Part shown: one piece after another, positions 1 through 9,692 of the stretch
Position numbering within the stretch: position 1 is the stretch's first letter
How the letters are laid out: each line of letters starts with the position of its first letter
Source: an uncultured Ruminococcus sp.
GTDB taxonomy: Bacteria > Bacillota > Clostridia > Oscillospirales > Ruminococcaceae
Direction of reading: 5' to 3'
Assembly (NCBI GenBank): GCA_947174085.1
Contig: CAMWHN010000001.1
Span: 1-37,731 of the forward strand
DNA: 37,731 nucleotides
Translations under genes and position numbers: made by a program
Notes under the pieces: model-generated
Told to the model about the DNA's origin: nothing
Database searches by the model: none
What the model saw: the letters and a program-made list of their open reading frames with translations, nothing else

Positions 1-609
1 ACTGGTTAGGCGAAATATGTGCAATCTATGTAGGAAAAGAAAAAAGCATGATTGTCGATACTTTATCAGGTTATAACTACAATGATGACTATGAGGGGTA
101 TGATTATCCAGATGTAATACCACCAGATATATGCGATTATGAAGAAATAGAAACTGTCGCATTAAAAGAAATATTGGAGGCTTGGTATGAAGAAATCACT
201 CTGATTCACAGAAAGAAGATAATAAATATGAGCAAATACATAACAAAAGATAGTAAACTTACTAAAAGATTACGCATCTCTGTTTGTTCCTCTGAGGACA
301 AACAATCAAAAATATTAAATACCCTCATTATAATAGATTTGGAAAATAAAAGAAACACATTAAATTTACTGAATAACATTGAAGCTGTTCTTAATGGTGA
401 ACAAGAAACTTATAACTGGTTAGGCGAAATATGTGCAATCTATGTAGGAAAAGAAAAAAGCATGATTGTTGATACTTTATCAGGTTTTAACTATGATGAA
501 AAATATGAAAGTTATGATTATCCAGATGTAACTCCACCAGATATATGTGATTATGAAGAAATAGAAACTATTGAATTAAAAAATATATTGGCTGCTTGGT
601 ATGATGCCA
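1..609 (+). repeat. tandem direct duplication, period 414 bp (1-195 vs 415-609)
   Basis: nt 1-55 are identical to 415-469. Similarity continues with scattered substitutions to gcttggtatga at 180-190 and 594-604. Confidence 0.9.
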
Positions 610-623
610 TAACGAATAATTAA
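1..623 (+). CDS. hypothetical small acidic protein, 5'-partial at window edge; two tandem paralogous units read as one open frame
   Basis: The frame of ORF 48..623 stays open back to position 3 (WLGEICAIYVGKEKS). Unit 1 ends ...ILEAWYEEI with no stop and runs into unit 2, which has a possible own start at ATG 228 (MSKYITKD...). Unit 2 ends ...ILAAWYDAITNN-stop. No family recognised. Confidence 0.5.
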   Translation, partial: WLGEICAIYVGKEKSMIVDTLSGYNYNDDYEGYDYPDVIPPDICDYEEIETVALKEILEAWYEEITLIHRKKIINMSKYITKDSKLTKRLRISVCSSEDKQSKILNTLIIIDLENKRNTLNLLNNIEAVLNGEQETYNWLGEICAIYVGKEKSMIVDTLSGFNYDEKYESYDYPDVTPPDICDYEEIETIELKNILAAWYDAITNN

Positions 624-627
624 CACA

Positions 628-661
628 AAAGCTGTTGAATTTATTTTAGTCCAACAGCTTT
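628..661 (+). terminator. stem-loop after the duplicated gene (AAAGCTGTTG / CAACAGCTTT, 10 bp)
   Basis: Perfect 10-bp inverted repeat 628-637 / 652-661 with a 14-nt loop, 5 nt after the stop at 621-623. The T-tract is only the TTT inside the stem. Confidence 0.45.
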
Positions 662-765
662 CAGAGTAATTGCATGAAAAAAATCGAGAAATATGTTATA
701 TAAGTATTGTCATAATAATGAATGTGTGCAATATTCTTCATATACATTACAAGAATCATCAAAAT

Positions 766-803
766 AAGAAAGACGACTTTATGCCGTCTTTCTTGCTTTT
801 TTT
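766..803. terminator. bidirectional intrinsic terminator between the duplicated gene and glmM
   Basis: AAGAAAGACG (766-775) pairs with CGTCTTTCTT (785-794). It is followed by GCTTTTTTT on the + strand and ATTTTGAT on the - strand. It lies 11 nt beyond the glmM stop (815). Confidence 0.7.
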
Positions 804-814
804 CATTTTATGAT

Positions 815-2200
815 TTAAATAGCATGCCCTTTAGCACGAATCACATCAATAATAGCATTAACTTGTTTATGACAAGCTTCTTCAGTTGGTGCTTCCGCCA
901 TGACACGAATTAAAGGCTCTGTGCCAGATTCACGGACTAAAATTCTACCTGTTTCTCCAAGTACAAGTTCAGCAGATTTCACAGCATTTTGTACATCAGG
1001 GTCATTTTGTGCAAGTGTTTTATCATGGACTTTTATATTTACAAGCACTTGGGGATAAATTTTTAACTGTGATGCAAGTTCACTAATTTTTGCTTTTCTA
1101 GCAATCATCACTTCCATAATTTTCAAACTAGTTAAAATGCCATCACCTGTTGTGGCATATTTTGAAAAAATAATATGTCCTGACGCTTCCCCACCAATAC
1201 GACAATCATTTTTAGCCATATATTCATAAACATATTTATCACCGACAGCAGTTTTTGCATAGTCTATCCCCTGCTCATCAAATGCTTTATATAATCCAAA
1301 ATTTGACATAACTGTTGTCACAACGGTATTATTTCTAAGTTTTTCACGGTCTTTCATATATCTGCCGTAAAGATACAAAATATGGTCACCTGTTAAAATA
1401 TTACCTTTTTCATCTACACAAAGACATCTGTCAGCATCACCGTCATAGGCAAAGCCAATATCAAGCCCATTTTCTACAACAAATTTTTGCAATCCTTCCA
1501 TATGTGTTGAACCGGCATTTTGATTAATATTCAAGCCATTAGGATTAGCATTTATTACATAAGTGGATGCGCCCAATGCATCAAATACAGATTTTGCTAA
1601 ATTCCATGCCGAACCGTTTGCACAGTCTAAACCAACTTTAATGCCTTTGAACGAATATAATCCTAATGAAATTAAATAGCCTATATAGCGATTTCTTCCG
1701 GAAACATAGTCCACTGTACAGCCAATAGCGTCTCCTGTTGCAAAGGGCAATTCCAAAAATTTTTTTCCAAATAGATTTAAATTGCCATCAAGATAGCTTT
1801 CTACAAGTGCAATTGTTTCCTCGTCCATTTTTTCACCGTTTTTATTAATTAATTTAATGCCATTATCATAATACGGATTATGACTTGCAGAAATCATAAT
1901 ACCACAGTCAAATTCATCTACTCTCGCCACATAGGACACAGACGGTGTTGTTGTGACATGTAATAAATAAGCATCAGCTCCAGACGCTGTCAACCCACTG
2001 ACTAATGAATATTCAAACATATAACTAGAACGTCTTGTATCTTTGCCAATAACAATTTTAGCTGGTGTAGTATCGCCGTTTTGTTTTTTCAGTTCGCCAT
2101 AATACCAGCCTAAAAATCTGCCGACTTTATATGCATGGTCAGCTGTCAAAGTTTTATTTGCTTCTCCACGGAAACCATCTGTACCAAAATATTTACCCAT
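815..2200 (-). CDS. glmM: phosphoglucosamine mutase
   Basis: 461 aa. N-terminus MGKYFGTDGFRG and phosphoserine loop SASHNPYYDNGIK. AGGAG lies 10 nt upstream of the ATG. Confidence 0.95.
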   Translation of the reverse strand: MGKYFGTDGFRGEANKTLTADHAYKVGRFLGWYYGELKKQNGDTTPAKIVIGKDTRRSSYMFEYSLVSGLTASGADAYLLHVTTTPSVSYVARVDEFDCGIMISASHNPYYDNGIKLINKNGEKMDEETIALVESYLDGNLNLFGKKFLELPFATGDAIGCTVDYVSGRNRYIGYLISLGLYSFKGIKVGLDCANGSAWNLAKSVFDALGASTYVINANPNGLNINQNAGSTHMEGLQKFVVENGLDIGFAYDGDADRCLCVDEKGNILTGDHILYLYGRYMKDREKLRNNTVVTTVMSNFGLYKAFDEQGIDYAKTAVGDKYVYEYMAKNDCRIGGEASGHIIFSKYATTGDGILTSLKIMEVMIARKAKISELASQLKIYPQVLVNIKVHDKTLAQNDPDVQNAVKSAELVLGETGRILVRESGTEPLIRVMAEAPTEEACHKQVNAIIDVIRAKGHAI

Positions 2201-2258
2201 AATTCAAATACTCCTATTCTAATCAATTCAAAATATGCTTTTAAATATGCCCAGTTTA

Positions 2259-2287
2259 AGCATAACATAATTTTATAAGTTTGTCAA
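2259..2287 (-). promoter_or_regulatory. predicted sigma-A promoter for glmM
   Basis: Minus-strand TTGACA (2287-2282), 17-nt spacer, TGtTATGCT (-10 at 2264-2259). Confidence 0.5.
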
Positions 2288-2467
2288 TCACTTTTTGAAA
2301 ATTCAGAATCACTAATACCAAAATAAATTTTAGCTTTTAAATTTTCCAGTTTTCGTAAAAAACATTTGCTTTTTCTTCTAAAAAAATATCCTAGTTTTTC
2401 AAACATATATTTTATTTTACAATCTTTTTATTATAGATGATTTTTTCAAAACATACAAGACATCATG

Positions 2468-3226
2468 TCAAGAACGAACGATAATTTTTTTAGTTCTACA
2501 ATCAGCTTTTACTTGATTCACAGTTAATTCTTTAAAATGAAACAGAGAAGCCGCTAACGCCGCAGAGCAATCTGTTTTCTGAAACGCTTCTGCGAAATGC
2601 TCTAATTTACCAGCACCACCACTTGCAATGACTGGAATAGTTACAGCATTGACAACAGCTTTTAACATTGGCAAATCAAAACCGCCTTTGACACCGTCTG
2701 TATCAATAGAATTTAAACAAATTTCCCCTGCGCCGAGCTGTTCAATTTGTTTCACCCAGTCTAACAAATCTAAATGCATGTCAATTCTTCCGCCATTAAT
2801 AAATACTGTCCAGTTACCAGATTCTGATTTTTTAGCATCAATACCGACACAAATACATTGACTGCCGAAAATATCCGCACCATCTTTAATTAATTTTGGA
2901 TTCTGTACAGCCTGTGAATTAACAGAAACTTTATCAGCTCCAGCTCTAAGCGTTTCTCGAATATCATCTACAGTTTTAATTCCTCCGCCGACTGTCAAAG
3001 GCACAAATACACGCTTTGCTGTCTCTCTGACAACATCAAGCATAACACCTCTGCCCTCATGCGAAGCCGTAATATCATAAAATACAATTTCATCTGCACC
3101 CTGTTTATTATATTCTTCTGCACATGCTACAGGGTCGCCTACTTCACGAATGCCTTTAAAATTCACACCCTTAACAACTTTTCCATCACGAACATCTAAA
3201 CATGGAATAATTCTTTTAGCAAGCAT
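2468..3226 (-). CDS. hisF: imidazole glycerol phosphate synthase, cyclase subunit
   Basis: 252 aa. [20 protein letters not shown] start and the C-terminal GGAG...AASLFH pattern typical of HisF. Confidence 0.95.
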   Translation of the reverse strand: MLAKRIIPCLDVRDGKVVKGVNFKGIREVGDPVACAEEYNKQGADEIVFYDITASHEGRGVMLDVVRETAKRVFVPLTVGGGIKTVDDIRETLRAGADKVSVNSQAVQNPKLIKDGADIFGSQCICVGIDAKKSESGNWTVFINGGRIDMHLDLLDWVKQIEQLGAGEICLNSIDTDGVKGGFDLPMLKAVVNAVTIPVIASGGAGKLEHFAEAFQKTDCSAALAASLFHFKELTVNQVKADCRTKKIIVRS

Positions 3227-3248
3227 TTCGAATCCTCCTTATATAAAA

Positions 3249-4130
3249 TTATGTTTCTTTATTTTTCTTACGATGAAATAGCCAAGAAGATTTTTTAATT
3301 ACAAATCTTGCTGGCAACAAAGAAATTTTTTGTAACAATTCATAAATGATATCCGCTACAAGATTGACTGCAAATATCAGAGCAAATGCTATTATGAATA
3401 CTAACAGTTCCCCACAGAAAGAATTTGCTTCTATCATTCCAGAGAAAATACTTTCATTCAGGAATTTTATAAATTTTATCATGGCTCCCATCATGAGAAT
3501 ATACCCAAAAAAATAAATATTCCCTGCAAGCATTGGCAAAAATGCAAAAAGTAAAATAAAAGCAATTACAATAATAAATAAAATTCCAATTAACACATTT
3601 ATGACAGGATTTTTATTAAATATAGCATTTAATAATTCATCAAAATTATCAAGAAAAAGCCAGTCAGCTCCGTCTATTTTTTTCAAAATATTAATGGGAA
3701 TACTTATCAGATAAAAAACAATATTATCATAAACATAATTTGTAATTTTTGCTTCCAGTCTTCCGATATGCTTATGTTTCTCATAATATTTGTCCAGAAA
3801 AAGTCTCAGAAAAAATGAACTGTAAATAATCGGTGCAATCAACAAAAACACACTGTCATGAATGGCTTCTGCAATATCAGCTATCCCAAAATAAAGAATT
3901 TCAAGAGGGATTTTCTCAAAAAAGCGATTTGTGATATTCAGATGTGGCATATATGTTTTAAGAACATTTGCTTCTGAAACGATTCTTGTCATACCACTCC
4001 AGCCAGTATATTCCCAACTGTCATCCCACGGCTGATAAAAATTACTTATGATATATATCATAATATATAATATTATCCCGATTGAGAAAAGCTTATGCTT
4101 GATAAAAAAATCTTTTATATTATATAGCAT
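3249..4130 (-). CDS. uncharacterised multi-pass membrane protein embedded in the his operon
   Basis: 293 aa with several long hydrophobic runs ([15 protein letters not shown]; [25 protein letters not shown]; [21 protein letters not shown]). Its ATG lies 11 nt inside the end of hisA. Its stop is 22 nt before the hisF start. No motif recognised. Confidence 0.7.
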   Translation of the reverse strand: MLYNIKDFFIKHKLFSIGIILYIMIYIISNFYQPWDDSWEYTGWSGMTRIVSEANVLKTYMPHLNITNRFFEKIPLEILYFGIADIAEAIHDSVFLLIAPIIYSSFFLRLFLDKYYEKHKHIGRLEAKITNYVYDNIVFYLISIPINILKKIDGADWLFLDNFDELLNAIFNKNPVINVLIGILFIIVIAFILLFAFLPMLAGNIYFFGYILMMGAMIKFIKFLNESIFSGMIEANSFCGELLVFIIAFALIFAVNLVADIIYELLQKISLLPARFVIKKSSWLFHRKKNKET

Positions 4131-4833
4131 ATGTAATGGCTTCCTTAAGATTCAACGTCCCCTGATACAGAGATTTTCCACAGATAGTGCCATATAAGCC
4201 CATATTTGCACAGGCAATAATATCTATCATACTATGCACACCACCACTTGCAATAATATCACAAGATACAGCATCATGCAAAGCTTGTAATTGTTCTTGA
4301 TTCACACCAGAAAGCGTACCATCTTTTGAAATATCCGTAAATATAATTGTCTTGACACCCATTTTTTGCATTTCCTGTGCCAATGCAATATAATTTACAC
4401 GAGACGAATCCAGCCAACCCTCTACAGCAACAAAGCCATTTTTTGCGTCAATGCCGACAGCAATTTTATCACCATATTCTTTGACAGCCTGTTCTACTAA
4501 TTCTGGATTTTTCAAGGCAACAGAACCTAAAATCACTCTTGACACACCGCCAGATAAATATAATTCTATGCTATCTAAATTACGAATACCACCGCCGACT
4601 TCTACTTTTAGACTTGTATTTTTAGCAACATCTAAAAATATACTTGTATTCACAGGTTTCGCATCTTTTGCGCCGTCCAAATCTACCATGTGAATCCATT
4701 CCGCACCGGCTTGTATAAAACTCTGTGCTGTTTGCATATAATCTTCAGCTACTTTATGCGCTGTGCCGTAATCACCTTGTACTAATCTCACACAGTTGCC
4801 GTCTTTAATATCAATTGCTGGTAAAATAATCAT
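4120..4833 (-). CDS. hisA: ProFAR isomerase
   Basis: 237 aa. MIILPAIDIKDGNCVRL start and (beta/alpha)8 HisA-type GGGIR and ASGG motifs. Confidence 0.95.
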   Translation of the reverse strand: MIILPAIDIKDGNCVRLVQGDYGTAHKVAEDYMQTAQSFIQAGAEWIHMVDLDGAKDAKPVNTSIFLDVAKNTSLKVEVGGGIRNLDSIELYLSGGVSRVILGSVALKNPELVEQAVKEYGDKIAVGIDAKNGFVAVEGWLDSSRVNYIALAQEMQKMGVKTIIFTDISKDGTLSGVNQEQLQALHDAVSCDIIASGGVHSMIDIIACANMGLYGTICGKSLYQGTLNLKEAITYAI

Positions 4834-4870
4834 ATCTCAAAAATTCCTTTACTTAGATTTTAACTAAATT

Positions 4871-5473
4871 TTAAATATTCGCAAAATTTCTCAGAATCTG
4901 CAAGCCAATTTCTCCACTTTTTTCAGGGTGAAACTGTGCGCCGAATACAAATTTACCATCTGAAACCATTGCCGGCACTTTTCCTCCATATTCCACCCAT
5001 GCACAAAGATTTTTATTATCTTCACAATTCGCCTCATACGAATGCACAAAATACACATAAGGCGAATCACCTAAATTTTCTAATAATTTACAAGGATTTT
5101 CTATTTCTAATTTATTCCAACCCATATGCGGAATAATGAAATCTGGTTTATTCATTTTATCCACAACACCAGAAATTAAATCTAATCCGTCACATGCTTC
5201 AAATTCATAGCTTTTAGAAAATAGCATTTGCATACCTAAGCAAATGCCTAATAAAGGCTTTTGTTTTGCCTGTGTTTTCAGAACAGAAACAAGTCCTTTC
5301 TGTTCTAACATTTTCATTGCACTCGGAAACGCTCCCACCCCTGGGAGAATAATTTTATCTGCTTGTTCAATCAAATTTTTATTATCCGTCAGCTGATTTT
5401 CAAGCCCTAAATAATCCAATGCATTTTTTACACTGAAAATATTTCCTGCACCATAATCAATAATTGCAATCAT
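4871..5473 (-). CDS. hisH: imidazole glycerol phosphate synthase, glutamine amidotransferase subunit
   Basis: 200 aa. IAIIDYGAGN, PGVGAF, the catalytic Cys in GICLGMQ, and FHPEKS. Confidence 0.95.
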   Translation of the reverse strand: MIAIIDYGAGNIFSVKNALDYLGLENQLTDNKNLIEQADKIILPGVGAFPSAMKMLEQKGLVSVLKTQAKQKPLLGICLGMQMLFSKSYEFEACDGLDLISGVVDKMNKPDFIIPHMGWNKLEIENPCKLLENLGDSPYVYFVHSYEANCEDNKNLCAWVEYGGKVPAMVSDGKFVFGAQFHPEKSGEIGLQILRNFANI

Positions 5474-6051
5474 CCTAATATTCCTTTCGTAGAAAATACT
5501 TCACCTGCTTTTGTTTCTGTAACGGCAATTCGCAACGCATGAGCAACAGCTTTATAAATAGCTTCTGTCTTATGATGGTCATTCTTGCCATATAAAATAT
5601 TACAATGCAAAGTTATCCCTGCATTAAAAGCAAATGCCCGCATAAATTCTTCTGTCAGACAAGTATCATACGCACCAATCATAGCATTAGTAAACTCAGC
5701 ATTGAATACTAAAAACGGTCTGTTACAAATATCTAAACTACAAAATGCAAGACTTTCGTCCATGGGAATATATGCTGAACCATAACGCACAATACCGGAC
5801 TTATCACCCAAAGCTTTTGCAAAAGCCTGCCCTAAGACAATCCCTGTATCTTCCACAGTATGATGTGCATCAACATGAATATCCCCCACAGCATGAATTT
5901 TCATAGCAATTTGACTATGTACAGATAATGCCGTTAGCATATGGTCAAAAAAGCCAATTCCTGTAGAAATTTCTGTTTTATTATCTTCTGGCAGAATGAT
6001 TATTTTAATATCTGTTTCTTTTGAAGTTCTGGTTACAGTCGCAGTTTTCAT
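5470..6051 (-). CDS. hisB: imidazoleglycerol-phosphate dehydratase (monofunctional)
   Basis: 193 aa. GFFDHML and DAHHTVED metal-binding motifs. There is no N-terminal phosphatase domain. 4-nt overlap with hisH. Confidence 0.95.
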   Translation of the reverse strand: MKTATVTRTSKETDIKIIILPEDNKTEISTGIGFFDHMLTALSVHSQIAMKIHAVGDIHVDAHHTVEDTGIVLGQAFAKALGDKSGIVRYGSAYIPMDESLAFCSLDICNRPFLVFNAEFTNAMIGAYDTCLTEEFMRAFAFNAGITLHCNILYGKNDHHKTEAIYKAVAHALRIAVTETKAGEVFSTKGILG

Positions 6052-6075
6052 TTATTTCACCTCAATTTTTAATAT

Positions 6076-6708
6076 TTATTTTAAAAATACTACACAACCA
6101 CATTCACTTGGGTGGTCGAGAATTTTTTTATTTGCTTTATTTTTAATATATTTTAATAAAATACAAGCAATTGTCAAATCTCCACCAGCAAGTAAAATAT
6201 TATATAATCCGATAATAAGCCAACTAATACTTCCAATACAAATCGCTATAATAGAAGTTACAATTCCCAATACAAAAAACGGTGCAAGCAAGCCAATATA
6301 ATACTGTCCCAGTGAAAGAGCTTCATTACAATAACAATACGGTGTAATAGCCTCCCATATAATACCAAATTGAATACTATTCCATGATTTTTGACAAAAT
6401 AAATGCCAACTCAAACCGTGTAAAAATTCATGTACAGGAATAGAAACTATCATAGCAATTATTATAACTAGACATTTTGAAGATTTAAAAATTTCAAATA
6501 ATTCTTTTATGTCATTTATTTCAGAATGCAAACTTAAAAACAATCCAAAAAATAATATCATAAATGGCAAAGCGATTACAAATGCAAAAATATTAGCTTT
6601 TAGAATAGAAACAGTCGCATTTTCCTGTGCATATCCATTTTTTGCTAAATCTTCGCAAACTTCCTGATAATGCTTTTGACGATTCTGCATAACTTCCTTT
6701 TGTGTCAT
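6076..6708 (-). CDS. membrane protein with HExxH motif (putative zincin-like, resembles DUF3267) embedded in the his operon
   Basis: 210 aa with about 4-5 hydrophobic segments and the motif PVHEFLHGLSWH. Its start overlaps the hisC stop as ATGA (6705-6708). The DUF3267 assignment is from memory of that family's HExxH membrane architecture. Confidence 0.65.
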   Translation of the reverse strand: MTQKEVMQNRQKHYQEVCEDLAKNGYAQENATVSILKANIFAFVIALPFMILFFGLFLSLHSEINDIKELFEIFKSSKCLVIIIAMIVSIPVHEFLHGLSWHLFCQKSWNSIQFGIIWEAITPYCYCNEALSLGQYYIGLLAPFFVLGIVTSIIAICIGSISWLIIGLYNILLAGGDLTIACILLKYIKNKANKKILDHPSECGCVVFLK

Positions 6709-7769
6709 CTATTTAATTCTCCCATAATTTCTTGCAAAGCAGTAAGCAAACAATTCATTTCTTCTGGGGTGCCAATTGTAATACGCATATACTGATTAAT
6801 TCTAGGCTTATTCCAGTAACGCACAAAAATTTTTCTGGCTTTTAATTTTTCAAAAATTATACTAGCATCATAATCTGGGTGACTTGCAAAAATAAAATTA
6901 CTTTTAGAATCTGGGAATATAAAGCCTAATTCTGCTAATTTTTGTTTCGTATCTTCACGAGTTTCAATAATTTTACTGGTACAGCTCCTGAAATAATTAT
7001 CATCTTTTAAACTCTCTGCACCACATAGCAAAGTCAAATGATTCATTGTATAAGAATTAATCGAAAATTTCACATCATTTAAATATCTAATTAATTTTTC
7101 ATTGCCGATTGCAAAACCAATTCTCATACCTGCCATAGAGCGAGATTTAGAATAAGTCTGAATCACTAATAAATTTTCATATTTTTTCAGTAATGGCAAG
7201 CAACTTTCACCACCGAAATCAATATATGCCTCATCAATCATGACAACACTATCTGGATTCACTTGCAAAATTTCCTCAATTAAATCAACAGATTCTAATA
7301 CACCTGTTGGCGCATTCGGATTCGGAAAAATAATACCACCATTCGGAATTTTATAATCATCTGGATTAATTCTGAAATCTTCTGTTAATTTAATTTGCTG
7401 ATACGGAATTTTATAAACATCAGCCCACACATCATAAAACGAATATGTCACATCTGGAAATAACACAGGTCTTTGCGAATTAAAAAACGTCAGAAATGCC
7501 ATAGAGATAACATCATCAGAACCCACACCGACAAATACTTGTTCTGGCTTTACCTGATAATTTTCCGCAATTGCATTAATTAAAACTTCTGCATTGGGGT
7601 CTGGATAAAGCTTCATTTTAGAAATATTAAAATTATCTAAAATATTTTGCACACTAGGAGCAGGCGGATATGGATTTTCATTTGTATTTAATTTAATGAC
7701 ATCTGAAATTTTAGGTTGTTCGCCGGCAACATAAGGTACAACTCGGCGAACGTTATTTTCCCAACTCAT
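6705..7769 (-). CDS. hisC: histidinol-phosphate aminotransferase
   Basis: 354 aa. LNTNENPYPP and the PLP-lysine region TYSKSRSMAGMRIG. Confidence 0.92.
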   Translation of the reverse strand: MSWENNVRRVVPYVAGEQPKISDVIKLNTNENPYPPAPSVQNILDNFNISKMKLYPDPNAEVLINAIAENYQVKPEQVFVGVGSDDVISMAFLTFFNSQRPVLFPDVTYSFYDVWADVYKIPYQQIKLTEDFRINPDDYKIPNGGIIFPNPNAPTGVLESVDLIEEILQVNPDSVVMIDEAYIDFGGESCLPLLKKYENLLVIQTYSKSRSMAGMRIGFAIGNEKLIRYLNDVKFSINSYTMNHLTLLCGAESLKDDNYFRSCTSKIIETREDTKQKLAELGFIFPDSKSNFIFASHPDYDASIIFEKLKARKIFVRYWNKPRINQYMRITIGTPEEMNCLLTALQEIMGELNR

Positions 7770-9064
7770 GAATTTTCACCCTCAAAACGTACTTTAATTG
7801 CATTCGCATGTGCTGTTAATCCCTCACGTTCAGCAATTAATACAATATCATCTTTTGCCTCACGCAAAGCCTGTTCTGTATAATAAATATAACTAGAGCG
7901 TTTTATAAAACTATTCACACCCAAAGGCGAGAAAAATCTAGCTGTGCCACTTGTTGGCAATACATGATTAGGACCTGCATAATAATCCCCTAACGGCTCA
8001 GACGCATACGCACCTAAAAATACAGAACCGGCATTATCTAAACAGCCAATTAATTCCAATGGATTTTCCATAACGACTTCTAAATGTTCCGGAGCAATGG
8101 CATTCGCAAGTTCTACAGCTTGTTCACGAGAATTTGCAATCAGAAACGCACCGTAATCCGACATAGATTTTTGAATAATTTCTTTACGCTCCAGATAATT
8201 CATTTGACGAATAATTTCGGCTTCTACTTTAGCAGGCAAATTCTCATCAGTTGTCACTAAAATTGTAGATGCAAGCACATCATGTTCTGCTTGTGACATT
8301 AAATCTGCTGCAACAAATTTCGGGTCTGCTGTTTCGTCAGCAAGTACTAAAATTTCGCTAGGTCCTGCAATCATGTCAATATCTACAACACCGTATAATA
8401 ATTTTTTAGCCGTTGCAACAAAAATATTCCCCGGACCTACAATTTTATCTACTTTTGGAATTTCTTCTGTACCATAAGCAAGCGCAGCGATAGCCTGTGC
8501 GCCACCAGATAAAAATACTCTATCCACACCGCAAATGGCAGCCGCAACTAAAATATCTTTATTTGGTGTACCGTCCTTGCAAGGCGGTGTTACCATAATA
8601 ATTTCTTGTACGCCAGCAATTTTAGCTGGAATCGCATTCATTAAAACACTAGACGGATAAGCGGCTGTACCTCCGGGAACATATAAGCCGACACGCTCTA
8701 AACCTCTTACTCTCTGCCCTAAAATCACACCATTTGGCTTTGCATCAGTAAAGCCCTGTGATTTTTGTCTATTATGAAACTCTGCAATATTTTCCTGTGC
8801 ATTTAATAACGCCTGTACAAAATTTTCATCTGCTTCTGTCAGAGCTTGATTAATTACTTCTCTAGGCACTTCATAATATTCAGGCAAATTACCATCAAAT
8901 TTTTTGGTATAATTCTTGACAGCTTCATCACCGCCAGTTTTCACATTTTCAATAATTTCAGAAACAATCTGTGTTACTTTTTTATCTGTTTCACCGCTTC
9001 TGCGTTCCAATTCTTTTAAAAAATTATATTCTTGTATGCCATCGCATTTAATCTGCTTTATCAT
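7766..9064 (-). CDS. hisD: histidinol dehydrogenase
   Basis: 432 aa. GGAQAIAALAYGT, GPGNIFV, SQAEHD and PEHLE motifs. Confidence 0.95.
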   Translation of the reverse strand: MIKQIKCDGIQEYNFLKELERRSGETDKKVTQIVSEIIENVKTGGDEAVKNYTKKFDGNLPEYYEVPREVINQALTEADENFVQALLNAQENIAEFHNRQKSQGFTDAKPNGVILGQRVRGLERVGLYVPGGTAAYPSSVLMNAIPAKIAGVQEIIMVTPPCKDGTPNKDILVAAAICGVDRVFLSGGAQAIAALAYGTEEIPKVDKIVGPGNIFVATAKKLLYGVVDIDMIAGPSEILVLADETADPKFVAADLMSQAEHDVLASTILVTTDENLPAKVEAEIIRQMNYLERKEIIQKSMSDYGAFLIANSREQAVELANAIAPEHLEVVMENPLELIGCLDNAGSVFLGAYASEPLGDYYAGPNHVLPTSGTARFFSPLGVNSFIKRSSYIYYTEQALREAKDDIVLIAEREGLTAHANAIKVRFEGENS

Positions 9065-9692
9065 GAATTTTCTCCTCTACTTTCTTGACTAAATTTTCAA
9101 TTTCTTGCTGACGCATTTTCAAACTCACAGTATTGACAATTAATCTTGCTGAAATTTGTGCGACATCTTCCACAACTGCAAGACCATTTTCTTTTAGTGT
9201 TGTACCAGTTTCGACAATATCAACAATACCGTCTGCAAGTCCTAATAAAGGCGCAAGTTCAACAGAACCCTCAATTTTAATAATATCCACGTCCATATTT
9301 TTATTTTCAAAAAAGGCTTTTGTCACGTTAGGATATTTACTTGCAATTGTCTTAATGCCAAAGCCGTCATAAAACGGATAATCTTTTTTAGTTGCAAGCG
9401 CAAATTTGCATTTTCCAAATCCTAAATTTACAAGTTCAAATAATTTGCCATTCATTTCCATAAGCGTATCTTTTCCAACAACGCCCATATCACAAACACC
9501 ATGTTCTACATAAGTAATCACATCAGCAGCTTTTGCAAGCACAACTTCTAAATTTCCGTCAGGAATAGACAAAATTAATTTTCTGCCTTTTTCATGAACA
9601 GACGTACAATCATAACCCAAACTTTCTAATAATTTAACCGTATCTTTTTCTAATCTGCCTTTTGTTAAAGCAAGTCTTAAAGGCTTACTCAT
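9048..9692 (-). CDS. hisG: ATP phosphoribosyltransferase, short form
   Basis: 214 aa. LRLALTKGRL start. It has no C-terminal regulatory domain, which fits the adjacent hisZ. Overlaps hisD by 17 nt. Confidence 0.9.
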   Translation of the reverse strand: MSKPLRLALTKGRLEKDTVKLLESLGYDCTSVHEKGRKLILSIPDGNLEVVLAKAADVITYVEHGVCDMGVVGKDTLMEMNGKLFELVNLGFGKCKFALATKKDYPFYDGFGIKTIASKYPNVTKAFFENKNMDVDIIKIEGSVELAPLLGLADGIVDIVETGTTLKENGLAVVEDVAQISARLIVNTVSLKMRQQEIENLVKKVEEKIHDKAD

